From Zygnema circumcarinatum SAG 698-1b (Eukaryota > Plantae > Zygnematophyceae), in NCBI GenBank assembly GCA_037447605.1, contig CM074815.1, positions 2,046,001 to 2,110,000 on the forward strand: 64,000 bases of DNA, in the 5' to 3' direction. The notes below the pieces were generated by a model, which saw only the letters and a list, made by a program, of their open reading frames with translations, made no database searches and was not told the origin of the DNA. The translations under genes and the position numbers were made by a program. How positions within the stretch are numbered: the first letter of the stretch is position 1; the number at the start of each line of letters is the position of its first letter. This document shows, in pieces, positions 1 through 11,099 of this stretch.

Positions 1-2025
1 GAGAGCTGCCTCACGTGAAGGTGAAGTGATCATGTGGTGAAAGCTTGATTAGGCTTATGGGGGCTTGAGTTGGAAAGCTTGTCATCATAAAGGAGTTTTA
101 GGCTGGGAGCTTTCTCCTACGTTTTTCTATTCCGCCTCTCGTGTGTTGTGTATGCACGTGAGTGAAAAATGAGTGAGAGTGCTGCGGGCACCAGGAGGGA
201 AGTTTCCATGGACAGTGAAGAGGGAGAAAGGGTGGAAGGTGAATTTGCTTCTCATCCCTCTGCCCCTCTCACAGATGGTTCGCTATTCCTTTGTCAAAGG
301 AAGTATGCAGAAGATGTGTTGCGGAAGTTCAACATGTGGGAGTGCAGGCCATGCACAAGTCCCATGGAGGCTGGAGTTCGCTTCACGAAGGAGATGTCCC
401 CGTCTACAGAGGAGGAGGCAAAGGCAATGGCAGGAGTGCCATATCGATCTGCGATTGGGAGCCTCATGTATTTGATGACAGGCACGAGGCCTGACCTTGC
501 GAAAGCCGTGAGCACGGCAAGCAGATTCATGGAGAACCCCGGCGAGGAGCATTGGGAAGGAGTCAAGCGTATATTTCGGTTTCTGAAGGGAACCGTGGAT
601 TATGGCCTCAGGTTTGAGAGGGGGACTCGCAGCCGAGTCTATGGCTATACAGACGCTGACTGGGGAGGGGATTTGGATTCATCCCGCTCCACATCTGGAT
701 ACGTTTTCTTGAATGCAGGTGGGGCCATCACATGGAATTCCACCTTGCAGTCTTCAGTGGCTCTCTCCAGCACTGAAGCAGAGTATATGGCAGCTTGCCA
801 TGCAGCCAGAGAGTGTGTGTGGCTGCGGAACTTCTTTGGGGAGTGTGAGCGGCCTCAGCTCCCCTTACCACTCTTCACGGACAATCAGTCCTCTATTGCT
901 CTAATGGGGAATCCGGTGTTCCACAAGCGGAGCAAGCATTTCCGGATCCAATACCATTACGTGAGACAGGAGGTGAGAGAGGGACTTGTCAGTATCAAGT
1001 TCATTGGAACCAGGGAGCAGGCAGCCGATATGCTGACGAAGGCAGTCAGTGGTGAGACCTTGAGGATTAATTCGGATCTCATTGGGCTGGGGCCTCTCAG
1101 GAACTAAAGTGCCAAAGAGGGGGAATGTTAGTGTACATAGTTAGTTCAGATTAGCATGTTTGTGTTGGCGCTTAGTTCCTAGGGGTGTGCTTCTAGGTGT
1201 GACATGTATGGGGACGGACTTACTTCAGCGTGCGCGCGGCGGCGAGACCGACCGCGCAACCGTACGGATAGTATGGACCGTACGGACCGTACGGTCGGTA
1301 CGGACAGTACGGCCGGGAGTCCGACATTTGGTACCGCGCCGAGGAATCGGTCCTGGAGTACGGAATCGAGGAATGATGCGGCGGCGGAAGACGGCGGAGT
1401 CGGTGGAGGCGGCGGAGCGTACTTTGCGTACGGAGGATAGTCCTTATGAAGGACGGCGGGGTGTTCAGCCCGGCGGTAGAGTACATGGCCATCTGGGTTA
1501 GGGCGGTGGTGTTGGTACGTTGCCAGGCTGGGTGTACTATGCATAGCAAGACACGAAGTAGTTTATTTAGGTTGTTTGAATAAGGTTGTTGCACGCTGAC
1601 GTGACATGGTCACGTCACAGCCCCATACTATATAGTGAGAGTGGGTGTGTAAGTTAAAAAAACCTTCTTGATATGCATTGCAAGGCTATGGCAGTTTGAA
1701 GGCATGGCTTTGGCAACAGGAGGTGGACCTTTGTGAGGAGTCTCCGTGTGTGGAGAGCTGCCTCACGTGAAGGTGAAGTGATCATGTGGTGAAAGCTTGA
1801 CTAGGCTTATGGGGGCTTGAGTTGGAAAGCTTGTCATCATAAAGGAGTTTTAGGCTGGGAGCTTTCTCCTACGTTTTTCTATTCCGCCTCTCGTGTGTTG
1901 TGTATGCACGTGAGTGAAAAATGAGTGAGAGTGCTGCGGGCACCAGGAGGGAAGTTTCCATGGACAGTGAAGAGGGAGAAAGGGTGGAAGGTGAATTTGC
2001 TTCTCATCCCTCTGCCCCTCTCACA
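1..2025 (+). mobile_element. Ty1/copia LTR retrotransposon, internally deleted (5' LTR end 1-273, RT C-terminus/RNase H, PPT, 3' LTR 1126-2025); runs off the left window edge
   Basis: Bases 1-273 match 1753-2025 with one mismatch. The 3' LTR starts TG at 1126 and ends CA at 2025. PPT AAAGAGGGGGAA lies at 1114-1125 and a TATA-like TATATAG at about 1628. ORF 169-1107 has the Copia motifs YRSAIGSLMYL, TRPDL, GYTDADWGG, STSGY, SSTEAEY, DNQSSI, HKRSKH and QAADMLTK. Confidence 0.92.
169..1107 (+). CDS. Copia pol remnant: RT C-terminal region plus RNase H, fused in frame to an ATG inside the LTR
   Basis: 312-aa open frame. The first 35 codons come from LTR sequence and the rest is Copia RT-thumb/RNase HI. 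Gag, protease, integrase and the RT catalytic core are absent. Confidence 0.85.
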   Translation: MSESAAGTRREVSMDSEEGERVEGEFASHPSAPLTDGSLFLCQRKYAEDVLRKFNMWECRPCTSPMEAGVRFTKEMSPSTEEEAKAMAGVPYRSAIGSLMYLMTGTRPDLAKAVSTASRFMENPGEEHWEGVKRIFRFLKGTVDYGLRFERGTRSRVYGYTDADWGGDLDSSRSTSGYVFLNAGGAITWNSTLQSSVALSSTEAEYMAACHAARECVWLRNFFGECERPQLPLPLFTDNQSSIALMGNPVFHKRSKHFRIQYHYVRQEVREGLVSIKFIGTREQAADMLTKAVSGETLRINSDLIGLGPLRN

Positions 2026-2925
2026 GCTGCAAGGAGACGGGCTGTAGTCGATGAGAGAAGGACCCCGTGGATTTGCCGTCTCATCCCCCTTTGGATTCTC
2101 CTCCATCGGGTGGTCCTCTTGGTCCTCAGGGCTGGAAGGCGGAAAAGGCGGAAATTCTGGAAATGCCTCCATTGCACAAACAATCCTAGCAGGAGAAACA
2201 CAAGCTCTGATACCAAAATGTAACAAGCCTTGAGCACAACACCCAAAGCCTGCTAGAGACTAAGTCACTTAAACGTAATGCTGGTTTCTGGAACGATTGC
2301 AAGTGCCCCCTTCCCAGGACCCCCTCTTGCATTCATCCCACGCCCCTTATACGCTCCCCCCGTCGAACCCTTTACCAGCGTAAGGGACCGGGAGCAGGGC
2401 TAGCCAATGGCGCTATGCCACGTGGCCAATCGGCTGGTCCAATGCCAGTTGTATGAGAGGCCGGTCACGGTCACCAGCATTCCCAATGTGTGACCGTGAC
2501 ACGTCACTCCGTATAGCGACCGGCGGTCGTGGTCGCGTTCCGATCTCGAACGCGACGCGCGACGCCGCAGAATCGCCGTCAGTCCGTACCGTCCGTACGG
2601 GTGGTACGGATCCGTATGGCTACACCGTACGAATGTACGGACGGCTTGTACGGCCGAACCGTACGGAGATCCTCAGGATGCCGGCGGCACCGTGGTGTCT
2701 ATAGCGTTCAGTTCGCTACATTTAGCTTCGCGTTTCCTTGTGGGTGATCGTCCGTTGCTTCAGTCTGTTGTTGCTCATGTTGATGATGGTCATCTTCCGT
2801 TCCAGGTTGCTTTGCGTGCTGCTCATGGTTTGCTCCCTCCTAGTGCCTAGGCTCGCGTCCCTCCTTTTGCTTCCTTAGCTGTTGAATCAGTTTCGCGTGT
2901 CCAGCTGTAACAACCTGCCCCCTTG
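2026..2925 (-). mobile_element. Minus-strand LTR retrotransposon fragment: PPT, LTR (2219-2912), tRNA-iMet PBS and start of a gag-like ORF, interrupted by the Copia at 2025
   Basis: Minus strand reads TGTTACA...TGTTACA (694 bp), then TGGTATCAGAGC (2204-2215, canonical iMet PBS) 3 nt after the CA. A purine tract AAGGGGGCAGGT precedes the TG. TATA-like GTATAAGGGG at about 2345. A Pro/acidic ORF start MEAFPEFPPFPP follows the PBS. Confidence 0.8.
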
Positions 2926-3044
2926 GCAGGCTGCTCTGAAAGTCTAAGTGTCAAAGAGGGGAGGTGTAACGGACCGCGGGGCTAATCCCTCCTCGGTCGT
3001 CCGCGGAATCTCTCTCAGCCTGCACTCAGCGTCTGAATCAAGAA

Positions 3045-3432
<388 letters not shown>

Positions 3433-3914
3433 CAAAGGTGCGCGGCCACAGAGGTGCAACCAAATGTCTGATACGTTGGTTGGTTGGCGCCAGCCAACCT
3501 CGCCCCTATATGCTTCCCCCGTTGAACCTCCTACCAGCATGGAGGATTAGGCGGTACGTCGATGTGAACTTTACCCGCGTGTCCATCCACGAACTGAATG
3601 GGTCGGTGCAACATCTGGCAGCTCACAGGTCGACGCCCAGCGATCTCGGCCAACGCCGTCATGCAGCCGGTGCATGGCGGGTCAGCGGCCTTGAGTCCGA
3701 CTGTCGATCCGTGCAGCCTGCGGTAACCCGTAACTGTACGGACGACTGGCGGATTCCAAAAGGGGGATCCGGGCCGCGGCTCGAGATCCAATCGCGGGAC
3801 CGGATTGGTCCCGTGGTGCCGTTAATCCCCAATCCTCCTCTACAGTGAGAGGAGGGGACCTTGGCAGTTGATGTGGGGCCCACAGAGATTATGTGGTGGC
3901 CCCACGGATGAACC

Positions 3915-3990
3915 AGTTCTCACGGTTCGAACCTAGGACCTCCATCGTCCTATAGGGTACCCGATGCCCTAACCATTAGGTAATGCATTG
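3915..3990 (-). other. Degenerate tRNA-like (Pol III A-box/B-box) segment inside the LTR
   Basis: Minus strand: TTACCTAATGGTTAGGGCA (3983-3965, D-arm/A-box-like) and GGAGGTCCTAGGTTCGAACC (B-box at 3933-3924), with about 50 nt between the box starts. The stems do not pair fully. Confidence 0.4.
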
Positions 3991-6746
3991 GATGGATACA
4001 TAAGGCCACGCCGGGCTTTAAGTAATCCTTCCCCTTGGGGTGACTGTAGCGTTTCGCTACATTACTCCCCCCTGTGAGAATGTGAACGCCCTCGTTCACA
4101 GGTGTGGGGTGGTAAAGGCAGCTCGTAGTTTCAACGGCACGCGTCGAACTCTACGTGATAACCGAGAGGGCTCAGCGATAATCCCGGTCAAGTCCCTTTC
4201 CGAGTTGTGCGGAGACGGCTGAGGAACCCCCCGAGCCGCCCTCGCCCGCTCTCCTGCGGCCCACGCCTCCCAGTACAAGTTGATGAGCTCCTGGCAATTG
4301 GTTAAGTTGCCCTCGGCTTCCCATGTGCTATGTTCAACCCCATAGCCCAACCATTTCACGAGGTATTCGTGACGGGAAGATCGACCCTTTCTCACAATTC
4401 GGTGGGCTTGAATGGTTTCAACTTCGTATTCAAGTTCACCTTCAAGTTCCACTGGTGGGGGAGGTGGCTGGATCCTTCCATCGCTACGGTAGACCTTTAG
4501 CAAGACCACATGAAAGACCGGATGCACCTTCATATGGGCTGGTAAATCCAACCGGTAAGCGATCTCATTGATGCGCTTCACGACCTTGAAGGGTCCGATG
4601 AAGCGGGGCCACAGCTTACGTGTTCCGCCGTAAGCTTTGAGTCTCAAGTTCGCCGTACTTAGCAACACTTCATCGCCCTCATTGAAAGTGAGTTGGGTAC
4701 GGTGACGGTCAGCATGGACCTTTTGTCGCGACTGGGCCGCTAGCAGGGTCTGCCGTGCCCTCTGCAGCGCCTCAGACATTAGCCNNNNNNNNNNGGGGAT
4801 TTAGAGGATGCTGGCCAAAGTTCAAGAAGAAAGGGGTGGTACCAATGGACTCCTGGTAAGCATTATTGATGGCATACTCAGCCACTGGGAGCAGTTCATC
4901 CCACCCATCCGGGGTGGGTCCCACATAATGCCGGAGGTAATCCTCCAGGATCCTGTTCACCCGTTCCGTCTGGCCATCGGTTTGCGGGTGGAAAGCTGTA
5001 CTCAATGCTTGCTTGGTCCCCACGATTTTGAGCACTTCCGTCCAAAAATGGCCGGTGAATCGTGGATCGCGGTCAGACACAATTTCTGACTGAAGACCAT
5101 GCTGGCTCCACACTTTGTCAACATACAACCGTGCAATCTCGTCGGCCCCAGCNNNNNNNNNNATCCTGCCAGTGCGGGGTTTGTTTCGTTGACAAGTTGG
5201 ACAAGCGAGTACATACGCTTTTACATCCCTCGAGAGTCCAGGCCACCAGAACTCTCGGAGCAGTGCCTCACGGGTTTTGGCAACTCCCATGTGACCTCGG
5301 TACGGAGGATCATGTAGCTCACTCAGAATGAGCTGCCGTACAGTCCCGGCCTTGGGCACGACCAACTGCTGGCCGTGGTACCAGAATCCGCCCTTAGACA
5401 CCACTTTGTCCTTATAGCCATTACCTTGGCCATCCAAGAACAAAGGATCACCAGCGTACCCCTCCTGAATCATCTGTCTGAGATCAGAGAGAGCAGAAGG
5501 GTTGACTGCGTCACTGGTGGAGGGATCTATGACAAAGCATGCTGGAGACGGAGACTCGGGGTTGGCCAGCCCCTCACCTCTGTCATCTCGTTCCACCAAC
5601 ACTCGAGTCGACGAGCGCACCATCCAGGCAAGATGCCGAGGCTGCCTGCTTAGTGGGTCTGCTACATTCAGCCTTCCGGGCCGATAGACCCACTGGCAGT
5701 CAAACCTTTGGAGGAACTCAGACCAGCGTGCCTGCCGCCTAGACAGGGTCTGTTGGGTTGAGAGGAACGTCAGCGGGCGGTGGTCAGTGACCAGCGTGAC
5801 CGCTTTCGCCCCCTCTAAATAGCACCGCCATGTCCTCAGGGCGTGGACTACTGCAAGCAGTTCCTGTTCTGTTGCAGAATAGTTGCGCTCAGCGGGATTC
5901 ATTTTGCGACTTTCATACGCCAAAGGTTGGCCATCTTGAAACAAGACGGCACCCAAGGCGAATCCCGAAGCATCACAAACCACTTCATAAGGTTTGGACG
6001 GGTCCGCTAAACGGAGAGTGGGCGCGGTAACAAGGGCATGGCGCACGCCCTTGAATGCTTCCTGACATTCAGGGGTCCATGCAAAGGGGACACCGGAACG
6101 TGTCAAATTAGTCAAGGGAGTAACCAACTTACTAAACCCTTGGATGAACTTACGAAAATAATTCGCGAAGCCCAGAAAAGACCTCAACTGATGCAAGTCA
6201 GTCGGTGGCGCCCAAGTTTCTACCGCTGAAACTTTGGCAGGATCAGGCCGAAGGCCCTGATCATTGAGAATATGCCCAAGATAAAGCAACTCACGTTGCA
6301 TGAAGTGACACTTCTTCCTCTTGGCATAAAATTGGTGTTTCCTCAGGGTCTCAAACACTTTCCGAACGTGTTCAAGGTGTTCCTCCTCCGTCTTACTGAA
6401 GACAAGGATATCATCGAGGTAAACCAAAACAAACTCGTCCATGCCGATGAACATCTCGTTCATTACAGCCTGGAAAGTCGCCGGAGCATTAGTCAATCCA
6501 AAGGGCAACACCTTATAGTGGAAATGACCAATCGGCGTCCGGAACGCAGTTTTTGGCACATCAGTTTCCGTGACGCGGATCTGATGATACCCCTGAGCAA
6601 GATCAAGTGATGTAAACACTTTGGCGCCGTGAAGACGATCCAACAGATCATCGATACGTGGTAAAGCAAATCGATTCTTTACGGTGATCTTGTTGAGTGC
6701 GCGATAATCAATGCACATCCTCAACGAGCCATCTTTNNNNNNNNNN

Positions 6747-9700
6747 GCCCCCCCCCCCCCCCCCAGGGTCTCGTTGTAGCGTTACGCTACATTACTCCCC
6801 CCCTGTGAGAATGTGAACGCCCTCGTTCAATGGGGAAAAGTAATCTTGGCAGCCAGCAGTCTAAGAGGTATTCGTCTCTGTCTGCGGGGTGTACGGGAGG
6901 GCTCAGCGTTAATCCCGGTCAAGTCCCTTTCTGAGTAGCTCGTGGACGGTTCGGGAACCCCCCTAGCCGCCCTCGCCCGCCCACCAGCGGTCTGCGCCTC
7001 CCAGTACAATCTCAGGAGCTCCGTGCAATTTGTCAAATTGCTCTCACGTTCCCACGTGCTATGTTCAACCCCATAGCCCAACCATTTCACGAGATATTCG
7101 TGGCGGGAAGTCTGACCTCTACTCACTGTCCTGTGTGTTTGAATGGCTTCAACCTCATACTCGAGATCACCTTCAACTTCCACTGGAGGGGGAGGTGGTT
7201 GGACTCTCCCATTGCTGCGGTATGCCTTAAGAAGACCCACATGAAAGACCGGATGCACCTTCATATGAGCCGGTAAAGCCAACGGGTAAGCGACCTCACC
7301 GATTCGCTTCATGACCGAAAAAGGTCCCATGAAACGAGGCCACAACTTGCGGGTTCCGCCGTAAGTTTTCAGGCGCAAGTTTGCCGTACTCAGCAATACC
7401 TGATCGCCCTCGGCGAAGGTTAATGCAGCACAACGACGATCAGCATAGGCTTTCTGCCGTGACTGGGCTGCCAACAGGGTCTGCCTTGCCCTCTGTAACG
7501 CCTCGGACATTTTCCGAGTGAAAGCACTAACGGCGGGAGGTTGACTCCCGCCAGCTCCTCTCATGCCCCAAGGATCTGGGAGCCTGTGAACATCCATGTT
7601 CCACACATCTGGCTGCTGATCTCTTGGCTGCAGGGGATTTAGAGGATGCTGACCAAAGTTCAAGAAGAAAGGAGTGGTACCGATTGATTCCTGGAATGCA
7701 TTATTAATGGCATACTCAGCCACCGGGAGCAGTTCATCCCATCCATCCGGGATGGGTCCCACATAATGCCTCAAATAGTCTTCCAGAATCCGGTTCACCC
7801 GCTCAGTTTGGCCATCTGTCTGAGGGTGGAAGGCTGTACTCATAGCCTGCTTAGTCCCGATAATCCGGAGGATTTCTTTCCAGAAATGGCCGGTGAATCG
7901 GGTATCACGATCTGAGATGATCTCAGATTGAAGTCCATGTTGACTCCAGACCTTGTCAACATATAGCCGTGCTATCTCGTCGGCTCCCGCTGTCTTAGCA
8001 GTGGCTGCAAAATGCACCATCTTGCTCAGGCGGTCGACAAACACGAGGATGGAGTCAAAACCCCGAGCTGTCACAGGTAAGTCGGTGATCAAATCCATAC
8101 CCAGCTCTCTCCCGTCTGTAAGGAGGGGCGGTTTGGGCTTGGCCGGGGCACCGGTCGGTCGCGAGGATTATCTAAGTTGTGAGAGTTGGGCATGCGGTAC
8201 GCCATGCTACTCCGCGTCTGTAATTCGGGCCGCAAATTCTCGAGGCGATTAACTTCGCGGGTTTTAGCAACTCCATTATGGCCTGCATGCGAGGATGGGT
8301 GCATCTCGGTACCGGTATGGTACGCGTATGGGATCGACCTTGAGTGCGATAGCTGCTTGCTCGTGGTACCAAAACCGTTCTTGAGCACGAGCTTGTTCTT
8401 ATAGCCATTGCCTTGGCCGTCCAGGAACAAAGGATCACCAGTGTACCCCTCCTGAATCATCTGTCTGAAATCAGAGAGAGCAGGAGGGTTGACTGCGTCA
8501 CTGGTGGAGGGGTTTATGACAAAACATACTGGAGATGTAAACGCTGGGTTGGCCGGCCCTTCGTCTCCACCATCTCGTACCACCAACACTCGAGTCGACG
8601 AGCGCACCATCCAGGCTAGATGAATGGGCTGCCTGCTAAGCGGGTCCGCTACATTCAGCCTTCCAAGCCTGTATACCCACTTGCAGTCGAACCGTTGGAG
8701 GAACTCAGACCAGCGTGCCTGCCGCCTCGAAAGAGTTTGCTGAGTGGAGAGGAACGTCAGTGGACGGTGGTCGGTGACTGTTGGAGTGGGGGACTGATCC
8801 CCGCTGCTCCCGGCAACACCTCGTGTGTCACCCTCCACAGGAACTCGTGTTCCCACCGATGTAGACATTCCCACTCTTACACTCTCAAGGCTCTATCTCA
8901 ATTCACTCATCGCCCATAACTCACAGAATGAACACCAGAGATAAGCACAACGGAAATCAATCGAGAGAAGTGTAGGAGAAAGCTCACGGCTCTAAAACTC
9001 CTTTATAATAAAATGTCCACCCACATGAAGTTCTCCCACCACTACAAGGTAAGTCCCTCTTACTCACTACCTCACGACACAAGTGAAGGCAGCCTGACAG
9101 CACGAGCATGCACAGAATAAGAGACAGAACTAGTATGGTTATTTTCCCATAGTAAAACTATGCACTATATAATATGGCGCCCGTGACGTNNNNNNNNNNA
9201 TACGAACCAGCGGACCCACATCACGAGTGGTCCACGTGGCGCATTCCGATTCGCCGCCAAGTATCTCCCATGTCGTTTTCGCGCCGCAACTTTCCGCTCC
9301 GCGTTTTGCACCGCGCCGCGACCAATCAGAGTCGCGCGCGTCGTGACTCTGCGAATCCGCGTCCGCGCCTCGACCAATCAAAGTAGCGCGTCCGTACGTC
9401 GCGCACTCGCGTCAGCGCCGCGACCAATCATCGCCGCTTGTTCGAACTCCGCGCACTCGCGGCGCACTCGCCTAAGTCAAAACACCGACATCACTAAATC
9501 TAGAAGCACTACGCCTAGCAGATCTCATGTTCAACAACTGAGTACCACAACAAGTTAGTGTGTCCAATGTAATGTCTAACTATCATACACTAACACTAGC
9601 AGTGACCAGCGTGACTGCCACCGCCCCCTCCAAATAGCAACGCCATGTCCTCAAGGCGTGAACCACAGCCAAGAGCTCTTGCTCTGTGGCGGAGTAGTTT

Positions 9701-10986
9701 CGCTCAGCTGGGTTCATCTTGCGACTTTCGTAAGCAAGAGGTTGGTCGTCTTGGAACAAGACCGCACCCAAAGCGAACCCAGAGGCGTCACAGACCACCT
9801 CATACGATAAGGTGGGATCAGCCAACCTCAACGTAGGTGCTGTTACAAGCGCATGTCTAACACCATCAAAGGCCGTCTGGCACTCTGGCGTCCATGCATA
9901 AGCGACACCGGAACGTGTCAAATTGGTAAGCGGTGTCACCAATTTACTGAAGCCTTGGATAAATTTACGGAAATAATTCGCAAATCCAAGAAAAGACCGC
10001 AACTGATGAAGATCAGCCGGAGGCTCCCTTGGATTGGCCGATAGATAGGCCGCCAAGGAGGTTTCTGCTCTGGCTAGAGGGGTATGGTATGCCCCACCCC
10101 GCGGGCTGGAGGCAAGCCCCTTGGCAGATCGTCTGGGAACACATCCTCAAACGCCGTCAACAAAGGTTGAAACAAAGTTGGGACAATAGGCATTGTCTGA
10201 CCCGCAGTGGGTTGCCATTCCTGATCCCCGTCATGAGCGTCTTTGGTTGTCGTCATGACTTGCACCATAAACAAGATGCTACTCGTTTTGAGTGCTTTGC
10301 CCAATTGCATGGCGGAGCACAGAAACGACAAAGACAACTGCGAAGAGGCCGGTCCGGACGGACTGCCTGGTTGCAGCGTTATGCGTCTACCTTCACTGCG
10401 GAGGACGCAATTAGGGACAACAAAATCTAACTGAGCCCCCATAAGAGTCAGCCATTTGCTCCCCATGATAAAGTCTGTTCCTAGGGCTAACAATGTCAAC
10501 AAGCAGTTGACTACCCCGGAGTAAGACTGAATCTTCAACTTCACGCTGACGCTGCCAGAAATCTGGCCCGTCCGCCCATCCCCGAAAGTTACACTATCGG
10601 AATGAGGCTGGACCGCAAACCCTGCAGTCTTGACAAAGGCTGCGCTAACAAAGTTAGGGTCCGCGCCAGTGTCCAGCAGAATGACTGTTGAGTGCCCATC
10701 GGCGGAACCTTGGAAGGTCATCGCCCGATGGGACAAGTGGAAAATGGACCGTAGCACATTTGGTGCATGGGGACGCGCAGTCCTCCACACAAGGGAGTGA
10801 GGGGACTTCACCAGCGCACTGGTGGGGGATCCCTGCATCCACCTAAGGAGGGAGAAGCCCTTCTTCCATAGCTTTACCACTCTCCACTCAGTCTGTGGAT
10901 AAGCCCTTACTGCCACATGTTGTGGGAGCAAGACTCGCAGACTGAGCACATGGTCCTTTGACCGCAGCAAGCGCAGGGCATCAAAT
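6747..10986 (-). mobile_element. Ty3/gypsy chromovirus copy B (degenerate gag knuckle, protease, RT deleted, RNase H, integrase, chromodomain, PPT, LTR stub), bounded by assembly gaps
   Basis: Protease ILLDTGA in ORF 10074-11048, RNase H in 9583-10056 and 8089-8874, integrase plus chromodomain in 6827-8098. Same PPT and LTR start as copy A (TGTAGCGTAACGCTACA, ending at 6791). Confidence 0.9.
8779..9601 (-). mobile_element. Solo LTR related to the Copia LTR at 1126-2025, inserted in chromovirus copy B
   Basis: TG...CA ends with a 5-bp TSD GTGAC at 8774-8778 and 9602-9606; the empty site GTCAGTGACCAGC is seen in copy A near 5785. Shares TGTTAGTGTA..ATAGTTAG, CCATAYTATATAGTG and TAGGAGAAAGCTC...CTAAAACTCCTTTAT blocks with the first LTR in reverse orientation. 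Contains one 10-N gap. Confidence 0.88.
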
Positions 10987-11099
10987 NNNNNNNNNNACCA
11001 TCCTCCGGCGTGCGGCGGTTGTTGGTGCTCGTCCCGGTGGTCTCCCACCCCTTCCTACGCATGCTGCGCCACATCTTGGCGACCTTCGCGGCTGCTTCT

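Noticed and set aside
8100-8380. Strongly divergent, indel-rich integrase zinc-finger region in chromovirus B
   Set aside because: Far noisier than its flanks; more likely a low-quality assembly patch than biology. Needs read inspection.
4784-10996. In-frame XXXX joins and apparent deletions at 10-N runs
   Set aside because: Fixed-length scaffold gaps; true sizes are unknown, so no structural claims are made across them.
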